From: the human T2T-CHM13v2.0 reference genome, Homo sapiens
DNA: 64,000 bases
Direction: 5' to 3' (one strand)
Assembly: GCF_009914755.1 (NCBI RefSeq)
Contig: NC_060933.1
The notes beneath the pieces are model-generated. The model was not told the origin of the DNA and ran no database searches. It worked only from the letters and a program-made list of their open reading frames with translations. Both the position numbers and the translations under genes were made by a program. This document shows positions 43,904-55,980 of the stretch, piece after piece. How positions within the stretch are numbered: the first letter of the stretch is position 1; each line of letters opens with the position of its first letter.

Positions 43904-46900
43904 GGACCTCACCTCCCTACCCTGCAGGCAAGTACGCACATGCACATGCACCCTACCACACCACCGTTGCTTACTTGAGTACACCTCCCCCCACACCACC
44001 ACTGCTGGTGCAAATGTGCACATGAAGACCAGTGGCCCTACCCATTGCCCTGAGTCACCATTGCTGCCACCATAAACACATGCATGGAGTCTGGCAGTCC
44101 TGCATCCACCAACAAATCCACTTTGCACTGCCACTGGTATGAATGTGCAAGTGGACACTAGCAGCTCCATCTCCAACCCTGCATTGCCTCTGCCACTGCT
44201 GCAAATGCACCTGTGGAAGTCTGTAGCCCTATGCCTGCTAGTGCCCCACACCAACTCACAAGCATGCACCCTGCTGCACTATCGCTGCCCTGCCACTGCT
44301 GCTGGCATGTGTGAATAAGCACAGATTCATGTGCCACCACCCTGATTAAGCATTTTGGCTGGCTTAGAGTGTTGGGGTCAGCTGTTTAGGAACAACACCT
44401 CAGCCTCTCCAGTGCCTCAGGTTCCTAACCTTAAGGGACCAGAGAACAAAGCTGGGGGTCCAATACAAGCCCCCTTAAGTTAAAGTACACAGCCCAAGAG
44501 TGTTGAGCTGAGACTTGGCCCCCTAAAATTTTCCAGAAACGAAGCCAGTTGACTGAACCCACCTTATAATAAAATCTCCAAGGGCATCGAAGAAGATAAA
44601 AGCAAATTTTTTTTTAAAATCTGAAGGATAGCAGCTTCAAATATTGAAAGAACATCAGCCCACACAGGTGAGAAAAAAAACAGCACAAGAACTCTGGCAA
44701 CTCAAAAAGCCAGAGTTTCTTCTTACCTCCAAATGATCACCGTAGTTCCCAGCAACAGTTCTTAATCAAGCTGAAATGGCTGAAATGACAGAAATAGAAT
44801 TCAGAATATGGATAGAAACAAAAATCAAGATTTAAGAGGAAGTCAAAACTCAATGCAAGGATTCTAAGGCATACTATAAAATAATACAGGAGATGAAAGA
44901 TGAGATCAACATTTTAAGAAATAAACTATTCTGATAGAGCTGAAAAACTCATAATTACCAGCCAAACTAACCAAGTTAAGGAAAGAATCTCAGAGCTGAA
45001 AGACCAGTTCTCCAAAATAACTCAGTCAGACAAAAATAAAGAAAAAAGACTAAAGAAGAATGAACACAACCTCTAAGAAATATGGGATTATGTAAAGAGA
45101 CCAAGTCTACAATTAATTGATATCCCTGAAAGAGAAGGAGAGAAAGTAACCAACTTGGAAAACATATTGCAAGTTATCATCCATGAAAATTTTTCTATGA
45201 AAATTTCATCCATGAAAATGTTTCCAGCGTCACTAGAGGCCAACATTCAAATTCAGGAAATGCAGAGAACCCCTACACAAGATGAAAATCCCGAAGACAC
45301 AGTCATTAGATTCTCCAAGATCAACGTGAAATAAAAATATGTTAAAGGCAGCTAGAGAGAAGAGGCAGGTCATCTACAAAGGGAACCTCATCAGGCTAAC
45401 AGTAGACCTTTCAGCAGAAACCCTACAAACCGGAATAGATTGAGAGCTTATATTCAGCATTCTTAAAGAAAAGAAATTCCAACCAATAATTTCATATTGG
45501 CCAAACTAAGCTTCCTAAGTAAGAGAGAGATAAGATATTTTTCACACAAGCGAATGCAAGGGAATTCATTACCACCAGACCTGCCTTAAAGAGGTGCTGA
45601 AGAGAGTGCTAAATATGGAAAGGAAAGACTCTTACTGGCCATTAAAAAACACATTTAATACATAGACCATTGACACTATAAAGCAACCACACAATCAAGT
45701 CTGCATAATAACCAGCTAACGACACGATGATAGTTTCAAACTTGCACATATCAATATTAATCTTGAATGTAAATGGGCTAACACCTCCCAGTTAAAAGGG
45801 GCAGAGTGGCAAATTGGATAAACAAGCAAGACCCAATTGTATGCTGTCTTTAAGAGACCTATCTTACATGCAATGACAACCATAGGTTCAAAGTAAAGAG
45901 ATGGAGAAAAATCTAACATTCATAACAGTCAAAAAAAGAGTAAAATATCTAGGAATACTGCTAACTAAGGAGGTAAAAATCTCCACAATAAGAATTACAA
46001 AACACTACTCAAAGAAATCAGAGGTGACACAGGCACAGGGAAAAACATTCCATGCTCACAGATAGGCGGAATCAATATTGTTAAAATGGCTGTACTGCCG
46101 AAAGCAATTTACAGATTCATTGCTATTCCTATCAAACTACTGATGACATTCTTCTCAAAATTAGACAAAAACTATTTTAAAATTCGTATAGAATTAAAAA
46201 GGAGCCTGAATAGCCATGACAATCCTAGCAAAAATAACAAAGCTTAAGGCATCACATTACCTCACTTGGCTATTGTAAGCAATACAGCATGGTACTGGTA
46301 GCGAACAGACACAGAGACTAATGGAACAGAATAGGGAACCCCAAAATAATGCCACACACCTACAACTGTCTGATCTTTGACAAAGTCAACAAAAATAAGC
46401 AATGAGGAAAGGACTCTATTCAATAAATGGTGTTGGCATAATTGCCTAGCCATATACAGAAGATTGAAACTGAACCCCTTTCCTACATCATAAAAAAAAT
46501 CAACTAAAGATGGATTAAAGACTTACATGTAAAATCTAAAACTATAAAAACCCTGGAAGATAATCACTCTGGACATAGGACCTGGCCAAGATTTCATTTT
46601 GAAAATGCCAAAGCAATTGCAACAAAACCAAAAGTTGACAAATAGGACCTGATTAAACTAAAGAGTTTCTGCACAGCAAAATAAACCATCAACAGTGTGA
46701 ACAGACAAGCTACAGTATGGGAGGAAATATTTGCAAATTATGCACCCAACAAAGGTCTAATATCTAGAATCTATGGGGAACTTAAATGAAAAAGAAAAAA
46801 ACAAACAACCCCATTAAAAAGTCGGCAAAGGACATGAATGGACAGTCTTCAAAAGGAGACATATATGTGGCCAACAAGCATATAAAAAATATTCAGTATC

Positions 46901-49900
46901 ACTAATCATTAGAGAAATCCAAATTAAAACCACAATAAGACACCATCTCACACCAGTCAGAATGGCTATTATTAAAAAGCCAAAAAGTAACAGATGCTGG
47001 TGAGGTTATAGAGAAAAGAGAAAGCTTATACACTGCTGGTGGGAATGTAAATTAGTTCAGTTATTATGGAAAGAAGTTTGGCAATTTCTCAAAGTACTTA
47101 AAATGGAATTGTCATTTGACCCAGCAATTCCATTACTGAGTATATACCCAAAGGAAAATAAATCATTCTACCATAACGACACATGCATGGATATATTCAT
47201 CGCAACACTATTCACAATAGCAAAAACACAGAATCAACCTAAATGCCCATCCATGGTACACTAAATGAAGAAAGTATGGTACATATACATCATGGAATAC
47301 TATGCAGCCATAAAAAAATGAGATCATGTCCTTTGCAGTAACATGGGTGGAGCTGGAGGCCTTTATCCTAAGTGAACTAACACAAGAACAGAAAATCAAG
47401 TATTGCATGTTCTCACTTGTAAGTGGAAGCTAGAAATTTAGTAAATTATAAACACAAAGAAGAGAAGAGCAGAAAGTGGGGCCTACTTGAAAGTAGAGTA
47501 TGGGAGGAGGATGAGTACTGAAAAAGTACATATCTAGTCCTATGCTTATTACCTGGGTGCTGAAATAATCTATACATCAAACTCCCTTAATACACAATTT
47601 ACCTATATAACAAATGCACATATACCACTGAACCTAAAACAAAGTTTAAAAATACATAAGTAAAAGGTAAAATAATCAAATGACTTCTCTCCCCCAAATC
47701 TGCCCCTCTCACCCATCCTATTCCTCTTTGTTTGGGAGAAGAAAATTTTCCAGAAATTCTCAAGGTATGCAGATATACAGATATCCTAACCTCTGAAACA
47801 CAGGGATACATCTTCAGAATTTTTCACTTTCCGGTGGGGAGTCTGTCATGGGAGAAAGTAGATGGTAAGTGCTCTGACCTATAAGCCAAAGTGATACTGT
47901 ATATGTCAGCATATGGATATGTATGTATCCATCTATCTGTCTTTCTTATACGTGTGTGTGTGTGTGAGTGTGTGTATACTGTGTATAGAACAGATGCCGT
48001 GCAGCCTTAAACAAGCCATGTTCTATGAATAGATCTTAATTTCCAAAGGTTTCCGAATATATTTTATAACCTGTAATGAGGGAATATAACAAAGAGACTG
48101 TATGTCATAAATCCATGTGCATTTAAATAAACGCTTCTTTTTTGGATTCTGTAGAAGCAGCCTACCACAACACCTGTTTTAAAAATGTTCTACCTTGCCA
48201 TGATGATGCCTTCCTTTCTTTTTCTCTTCCAGAACATGCTTCTATTCCTGTTTAGTTCTTTTTCTCCCTATGGACAGCTCTCAGAATAAGTAAATACACC
48301 TATGACTGAAAGAGACAGACTAGCTATCTGGCTCTTGGGGAATTACAATAGAAACTCACAATCAGGACAGGAGACATTTGAATTTTAAAATCTTTTTTCC
48401 ACTCCCTTCCTTCTGTGCTCTGCACTGCCTTGGCTTGGGCCACAGAGGGATTTAGCTCCAGACTAGAGTTTGTCTCTGTTCCGACAAGTTGACAGTTTAA
48501 TAATTCAAACTGTTTACATTTTCCCAAAGCACATGAACCCATATTATTACGCTTTTTTTTTATTTCGATGCCTTCTTCCTTTAAGCTGTTACCTACTATA
48601 AGGCTTGATGTCATATCAATGTGCAATGGTAATGGGAAGTTTTTTTTTTCTTTCAATTCATGGGCATTGTCACTCCTCAGAATAATAAGGAGTGAACAGG
48701 GCCACATTCTTTTCTCATGAAATGTATCAATACTAACTACAGTGACTTCTAGGCAATTTATAGGGAGGTGAGGACCTAAAACAGATGCATTCTCATTCCT
48801 GGAGTCCAGGGAAATCTTCTGAAACCCTGGAGAAATTACTAAACTTGTCCACACTTGCCTAGTCTCAAGTGATTGAAGACTCGCAGTCTCAAGAAGTAGT
48901 TGGAACGAGCCCTCACAGAAGACACTGTCTCAAACAATATACAGAAAACTAAAGAATGGAGAAAGATGTATTTCTAAATGAGCCACAAAGACTTGAATTA
49001 TTTTAGCCAAAGCTTTGTTTTATTGAAATTACTTAAATGAAAGTTAAGGATCTACATTTTTAGGCTGATTGACTACAAAGACAGTTCTGGGACGATTGAC
49101 GACTATATTTCACACTGAAAGGTACATACCTGACTCAGTTGTCAGTGGACAACCTTCTTTACTTTTATTAAAAAGGTAAAGGAGGGTAGGACTTCAGGAT
49201 AACTCTCCTGGTTTCAATGAGATTGTGAGGGAGGCCAAGCCAGGAATTGTAGCTTAGAGTGAGGCTGTACTATATATATATCTAGAGAGGAGAATAGCAA
49301 TTATGTATGCATCACCAGGTGGCTCAAACTAGCACATAAGCATCAACACCTTATTAAGGCAGATTGGCTGGAAAAGGAAAGGGTCTCCTTCTACACCACT
49401 GAATTCCTCCTGTTTATGAGTGCTGTTCATCCTGGTTTCCAAACCAAACCCAGTTTTCCTTTCCCTCATTTTCCCACATCCAATAAATCATCAATTTTAG
49501 TTAAATCACCTTTAAACTGTCTGCCATATATCTCACCTCTCTTCTAGTGCCAACACCATATCTGCAATGAAGATCATTAACTCATGCCCTTCCTTTATTA
49601 TTAAAAGCATCTTTATGGTATCTCCAACATTAATTTCCTATAAACTTCACAGGAAAATAAGCTCAGGAAAAACTATTTTAAAAACCAATCTATACAGTAT
49701 AAAGTATTGTTCCCTAAATGCTTATCACCTCAGCTATTTTTGGATGCATCTTTTTGGTTTACGTATCTTTCACTGAAGACCTGCTGATTCCATACCTGAA
49801 ATGATTAGTAGTCTAGAAAATCCAATGGGTTCAAACCAATAAGAAGAGGTAGAGCACTTTGGAGGTAGTTCTTGCATAGTTCTGGAAAGAGCTGTGAATT

Positions 49901-50829
49901 AGTGCTTGACATATGCATTTGCATTTCAGCTCTATCACCAGCTTACTTTCTTAGCATTTCACCTATTCATATATAAAGTGAGAATAGTAATACTTATATT
50001 TCAGGATTACATGAGATGTGAGATCTTGGCATATTGTCCTTTATTGGGTGCTCAATAGATATGAGGAAAGAGATTGTATACATAGTTGCCAAATCTGATT
50101 CCCTTCTGAGAGGGATAAACAAAATTTCTGGCATTGCTGGTTACTGTTCTGTTGTTGTATCTTTATAATCCTAGCCATATGTGTAAACCAACCTGAATGT
50201 TTGCGTAACTGACTAAGATTACTTTTTTACTTTTAAAATTTAGTGTTTTGAAATTGTGCTTACTGAATTAATCCTGGAATTCCAAATTCTAGCATGGATA
50301 GCTGCAGTCTTGGAACGAGTTACTTAAGAAAGAACTTCACCCTTTCCAGTTTATTCTTCTTCTATAAACTCTACCCATCCACATAGTCCCTCATACTACA
50401 TCCTCCATACCTCGTTCCTTGGAAATACACTTAATGTTTCCTATTTCATTCCTTCATCTAACTTTCCTTTAGCCAGCTTTACTAGTAACTCCCAAACCCT
50501 ACTGTCATTTTCACAATAATCCTTTATAATGTCATAGAGCTGGGAAAGGGTTTTAGAGATTTTTTTATTAGCCCTCTTTTAGAGACGCAAGAACTGAAAG
50601 CCAAAAAGACAAAATTCTTTTCCCAAAAATAGGCTGTTAGTTAGGTGTAGAAATAGACCTAAAACTTAGGTGTTCTAAATATAATTTAGTGAATAATTTT
50701 TTCCCTACTTGTGCTGCTTCTGAGCATTACAATTTATTTGTTATATTGTTGTTTCATCTCTTACCTATTCTTAAGCCCTCTGTAAATTCGATCTGCTTTT
50801 GTTCACTCACAATATATGAAGTATATTAA

Positions 50830-51525
50830 TCTTTTTGTACTGCCTGACCTAGTTACCTTGGATCTCAGATGGCCATTATCTACCTATGCTAAATGACTGT
50901 AAGCCTCCTTAAAAATATAGCCTGATGTCTTTGGTTACTGGGTTTGTGGTTACAGTGTACTCAGTCAAAGACATTAGTCTGATACTAACATAAATTCAAA
51001 ACAAATTGGTGTATCTTTTCTCAACTTCAAAAATATCTTGAACGAAACCTATATTATTGTGACATTCCCCTGCAGGTTTAGAGACCACAACATTAATGAC
51101 ATAAAATAAAGAAGAAGGCCTCTTTGGCCCCTTCATTTTCTCTGTTGCCAGCAGTATTTTGACAAACATTTTGTCATTATTGCTTAATGGAGGAATTGGT
51201 CCTTGTTTTTTTTTATATATATATATATCAAAATTATTACCTTCCCTGAATAATAAAATCAATAAAGTCTCTTCTTGTGTGAAGCCTCTAGCCAACCTTC
51301 TCTCAACGAATAATTAAACATTTGAATCAATTCCAGTACTAGCCTATCAGTCACAGGTTTATGAAACTTTGCCGCCTGACCATCTTTGCCTGGAATTCTG
51401 TTATTATTTAAAAGAGAAATAGCTTCTAATATAAGTTCTTGTGAAATTGAAACTATCAACTCTATTTCATCTAAAGAGTGGATCTAGGCAAGACTGATAT
51501 TGCCCAGGGAAGAGAAACTGGTTCA
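50830..51525 (-). pseudogene. Ancient non-LTR retrotransposon reverse-transcriptase fossil, Tx1-like
   Basis: Collinear RT motifs across frameshifts: ISQELILEAISLLNNNRIPGKDGQAAKFHK...MFN; LLILLFREG...GPIPPLSNNDKMFVKILLA; GECHNNIGFVQDIF; QTNVFD*VH (50981-50955); YIFK..LQSFSIG; NGHL...RSG. Confidence 0.75.
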
Positions 51526-52941
51526 GGCAAATCAAGACCTGCTTGAACTATAACTGAAACCTCAAACTGAACCAAGATTGAACTCATTTTTTAAAAACTC
51601 AGACACTGGGAGAGCTTTCTGAGAAACAATGACAGGGGAATCTACTTAAGCTGAGATTCTGTAGAAAGCAAAGAAGACATAAGTTAGGATGTGTGCATAT
51701 GTCATGGCAATACTAACAAATACCAAGGCACTTAGACTTCTATTGGCATCTGGGAAAAGGTCGAATTAGAAAAAAATAATGTTCCAAAACAATTTCTCAT
51801 TTTAACTACTGTTTATGACACTTTCTATCTGAAAACCTAAATGTGTTAATTCATGTACACAATTGAATTTTGGGGAACTCAGTCTTTTCCATCTCAAAAT
51901 TTCCCCAATACTCCTAAGGACTAAAACTTGGACCTAATTACATGGGTAGCTGTGTCTTCTCTTTATTCTCTACTCCTGCAAAACTGGCCTTTATTCAGTA
52001 ACTCAATGAGCCAAGCTGTCACCTCCCTGCAACCCAATTACAGAATCTTTTCATGGGTTTTCACCTCTTCTTCATCCTTTGTCCCCAAAGACCTGAAAGA
52101 TAATGTTATCTTTTATGTCTTAGCTCAATGGTGGCTTTTTTTATGGCCCACTCCATCCCCAGTTATTTATTCTCATGGCAATCTGCAATTTTCATTCATT
52201 GCCCTTACCACAATTCATATTAATTATATGCTTGTGTAATTATTTTATTAATGTCTGCCCCTCACTGTCATTTGTGGGCTGTAAACTTAATAAGTATGAT
52301 GCTGTATCTGTTATGCTCAGCATTATTGCACAAAGATGATTAGGTATTAAATATATATATTGAACAAAAACTATGTATTGCTTATTCTTTGCATTAAAAC
52401 AACTAGAGAAGGAAGAAGAAAATGTGATTATTGGTTAAAAATAGGATTTCAGAAATTGAAATATTCCTTGTAAACATGAGCCAACATAAATCTCCTTGAC
52501 ACTCATCTCCATTCCCATCAACAACACTGACTGTACTTAAATCAGTCCTGCCATCTTCCCCAAATTATGCCAACTATGGTCAAGAATCTAGTCCAGGTAG
52601 CTAGAAGTGCTAACCTCCGATTTTATTGAAAAGTTACTTATTTCACATTCCAAAGAAAGATCATTTTTTATATCCTTTATTTTGGGAGGGGAGGGAGTTT
52701 ATCATAGACATTAGAAATGGTGTGAGGTAATGTACAAATAGAAAAAAGAAATTATTATTTAACTATTAGCTAGGATATTTAGAATGTCTTTTCCATAAAA
52801 TCTAACGGTTAAAATAAACTTTGGAAATAATATATTCCATTTAACCACTTCTCACAGCTTCATGAAATGACAAGATAACATGGACAATATTGTGTGCTGG
52901 AAAGAACACTAGACATGTTCTTTCAAAAGAAACTCATGGAT

Positions 52942-53575
52942 GCCACGAAATGACGGCTCCTGCCTGTAATTCCCGCACTTTGGAAGGCCAAGGTGGGAGG
53001 CTGGCTTGAAGCCAGGAGTTCTAGATTAGCCTTGGCAGCATAATGAGACTCAGTCCCTATGCAAATTAAAATTAAAAAGCCAGGACCAGGCGCCGTGGCT
53101 CACACCTGAATCCCAGCACTTTGGCAGGCTGAAGCAGGTGCATCACTTGAACTCAGCAGTCTGAGACTAGCACCTGGGCAACATGGCAAAAACTGTCCCT
53201 AAAAAATACACAAACATTAGCCAGGCATGGTGGTGTGCACAGTAGTTCTGGCTACTCGAGAGACTGAGGTAGGAGGATCGCTTGAGTGCAGGAGAGAGGT
53301 AGAGGTTGCAGTAAACCATGATGGTACCACTGCACTTCCACTTGGGTGATAGAGCAAGACCCTGTCTCAAAATTAAAATAAATAAATAAACAGTCAGGTA
53401 TGGTGGTGTGCACCTGTAGTTCTAGCTACTGGGTACTCAGTAGACTGAGGCAGGAGGATTGCTCGGGCCCAAGAGTTTGAGATTACAGTAAGCTATGGTT
53501 GCACCACTGTTCAGCAGGCTGGGCAACAGAGCAAGACCCTGTCTCTTAAGATAAATAAATAAACAAATAAATAAG
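52942..53575 (+). mobile_element. AluJ split at its linker by a second AluJ (~53083-53390)
   Basis: Order is left arm, complete dimer, right arm; degenerate duplication aaaagccagg / aacagtcagg flanks the inner Alu. Confidence 0.85.
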
Positions 53576-53814
53576 AACTCATTGGACACTTGCTAAAAGT
53601 CAGGCATTGAATTTAGCTCTGTAGACATAATAAGAAAAAAATGTCAGACTGAACAATTAGGAGACCTATGTTCTTAATTACAAATCGATTCGTTTATTTC
53701 TCAAAGGTTCAGATTCTTTATTTGTAGAAAAGTAAATGAATTACCGTAGATGGTTTCTAAGATTATTCCTGGCCTTAGGATACTGTATATCCTCAACTTT
53801 CCATTTATTATTTT

Positions 53815-55980
53815 CTCACTCATTAATTCGGCAAACATTAATTAAGTTTCTGCTACAAATGTTTTAGATGCAGTTTTGAGCACTGGAAGTAAATCAATAG
53901 AAAAAATATAATTCTTGCCCTCATGGAATTACGGTGTGTTGGGGAGGCACATAATAAAGAGAACAAATGCAAATATATGATATGTTAGAAGGTAATAGAT
54001 CCAATAAAAAATAGAGTAGAGAAGAAGAGTAAGGGACCTCAGGGAGTAAGGAATACAATTTAAAATATAGTAGTGAAGGTAGGCACCAAAAAGACCATGA
54101 GACTTAGGCAAATACATCAAGGAAGTAAATGTTGCGTGTGTGGAGAAGAGTACTTCAGGCAAAGACAGCAAGTTCAAAGATCAAGATACACATGTGCCTT
54201 AATGTTTAATGAACAAGGAAAGCAATGAATCTAGCACTGAGGAGAGTAAGCTTAGATCAGAGAGGTATGAACCCACGGTCACGTGGGGCCGTAGAAGCCA
54301 TTGCACTCTCTGTGATATAGGGACCTAATTGTTAGGAGAACTAAAACAGACTATTGGCATTATTTTAATCACATTTTAACATAATGAATCTGAATTCTTT
54401 GTTTACAAATTATGTGGAGGGAGTGGTAAGGATGAAAGTGGGGAGAGTGGTTAGGAGGTTATTATTTACAGTCCAGATGAAAGATAGTGGTGACTTGCAC
54501 CATGGCAGTAGCAGTGGAGGTGGTGACAAATGAAGTAGCTCTTGATATACTTAGACTGTAAGACAAACAGAATGAGCTAAAATATTGGAAATGGGGTTTT
54601 AAACAAATATAGAAGTCAAAAATGGCTCTAATACTTTTGGTCTGAGAAAGTAGAGATAGAGTTATCATTAATTGATATAAGAAAATTTCTGAATAGAGTA
54701 GATTTGGAAGTAGAGAAAGAGCAGAATAAGAATTCAATTTCATGCAATCAAAACCACGATGAGATACCATCTCACACTAGTTAGAATGGTGATCATTAAA
54801 AAGTCAGGAAACAACAGATGCTGGAGAGGATGTGGAGAAACAGGAACACTTTTACATTGTTGGTGGGAGTGTAAATTAGTTCAACCATTGTGGAAGACAG
54901 TGTGGCGATTCCTCAAGGATCTAGAACTAGAAATATCATTTGACCCAGCAATCCCATTACTAAGTATATACCCAAAGGATTATAAATCATTCTACTGTAA
55001 AGACACATGCACATGTATGTTTATTGCAGCACTATTTACAATAGCAAAGGTTTGGAATCAATCCAAATTCCCATTAATGATAGACTGGATAAAGAAAATG
55101 TGGCACATATACACCATGGAATACTATGCAGCCATAAAAAAGAATGAGTTCATGTCCTTTGCAGGGACATGGATAAAGCAGGAAACCATCATTCTCAGCA
55201 AACTAACACAGGAACAGAAAACCAAACATTGCATGTTCTCACTCATAAGTGGGAGTGAACAGTGAGAACACATGGACACAAGGAGAGGAACATCACACAC
55301 CTGGGCATGTCAGGGGGTGGGGAGCAAGGGGGAGGGAGAGCATTAGGACAAATACCTGATGCATCCAGGGCTTAAAACCTAGATGACGAGTTGATAGGTG
55401 CTGCAAACCACCATGGCACATGTATACCTAAGTAACAAACCTGCGCATTCTGCACATGTATCCCAGAACTTAAAGTATAATTTTAAAAAAAGAATTCAAT
55501 TTCAGACTTTTAATGTTTGTGGTGACTTTTAGGAAGTTAAGGGGAAATGTTGAATAGGCACTAGTATATATTAATTTGATATTAGAAGAAAATGTGAAAC
55601 TTTGCGAGTCACAGAACATAGATGATATTTAAAATCATGGGGTAACATTATTACAGGAGTTAGGTATCAAGAAGAGAAATTCAATCTTAAGCTTGGAAGT
55701 ATATTGATGTTCAATAGTCAGTGAGATGAAGAGGAGTTAGCAAAGGAGGCTGAGAAGGAATCGTCAGTGAATGTGGAAGAAACCAGGAGAGTATGATGTT
55801 CCACAAGAGAAGTGAAGAGAATGGATCAAGGAGGGAGGAGTGCTCACCTGTATAAAACCTTGCAGATATTTCAAGCATGGCAGAGTAACCAGTTCTGCTC
55901 AAGTTTCAATCATTTGACTTATCAATGTGAAGATCAGAGTGACATTAAAAGACCAGTTAAAAGGGAGTGGTAAAAATTAA
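53815..55980 (-). mobile_element. L2 (long fragment) interrupted by an L1PA
   Basis: cattaattcggcaaacattaattaag...cttgccctcatggaattacg...gttaggaggttatt...agtccagatgaaagatagtggtgacttg; continues after 55504 (agcaaaggaggctgagaaggaa). Confidence 0.75.
54743..55489 (+). mobile_element. 5'-truncated L1PA8-like (PA7-PA10) element
   Basis: ORF2 C-terminus ([18 protein letters not shown]) plus 3'UTR ggggcttaaaacctagatgac...; perfect 15-bp TSD aagaattcaatttca at 54728-54742 and 55490-55504. Confidence 0.96.

Larger units (their letters stand above)
42650..47667 (+). mobile_element. Old primate L1 (L1PA15/16-like) with 5'UTR, decayed ORF1, internally deleted ORF2 and 3'UTR
   Basis: 5' caagattgcctattggatgc; ORF1 remnant (aatatgggattatgtaaagagacca; gaccttt cagcagaaaccctaca); EN start joined to late ORF2 at ~45916; 3'UTR ttattacctgggtg...tgaacctaaaa; degenerate TSD taaaagaatcaa / taaaataatcaa. 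Confidence 0.9.

Noticed and set aside
47860-48295. Isolated strong splice signals (ATG|GTAAGT ~47866; ttttctcttcCAG 48232)
   Set aside because: No convincing partner sites define an exon, and lone consensus sites are frequent in non-coding DNA.
48324-48854. 176-codon minus-strand ORF, the longest outside recognisable repeats
   Set aside because: GTG start, no recognisable domain, and lysine runs that come from T homopolymers. Compatible with a chance ORF; PhyloCSF or Ribo-seq would be needed to revive it.
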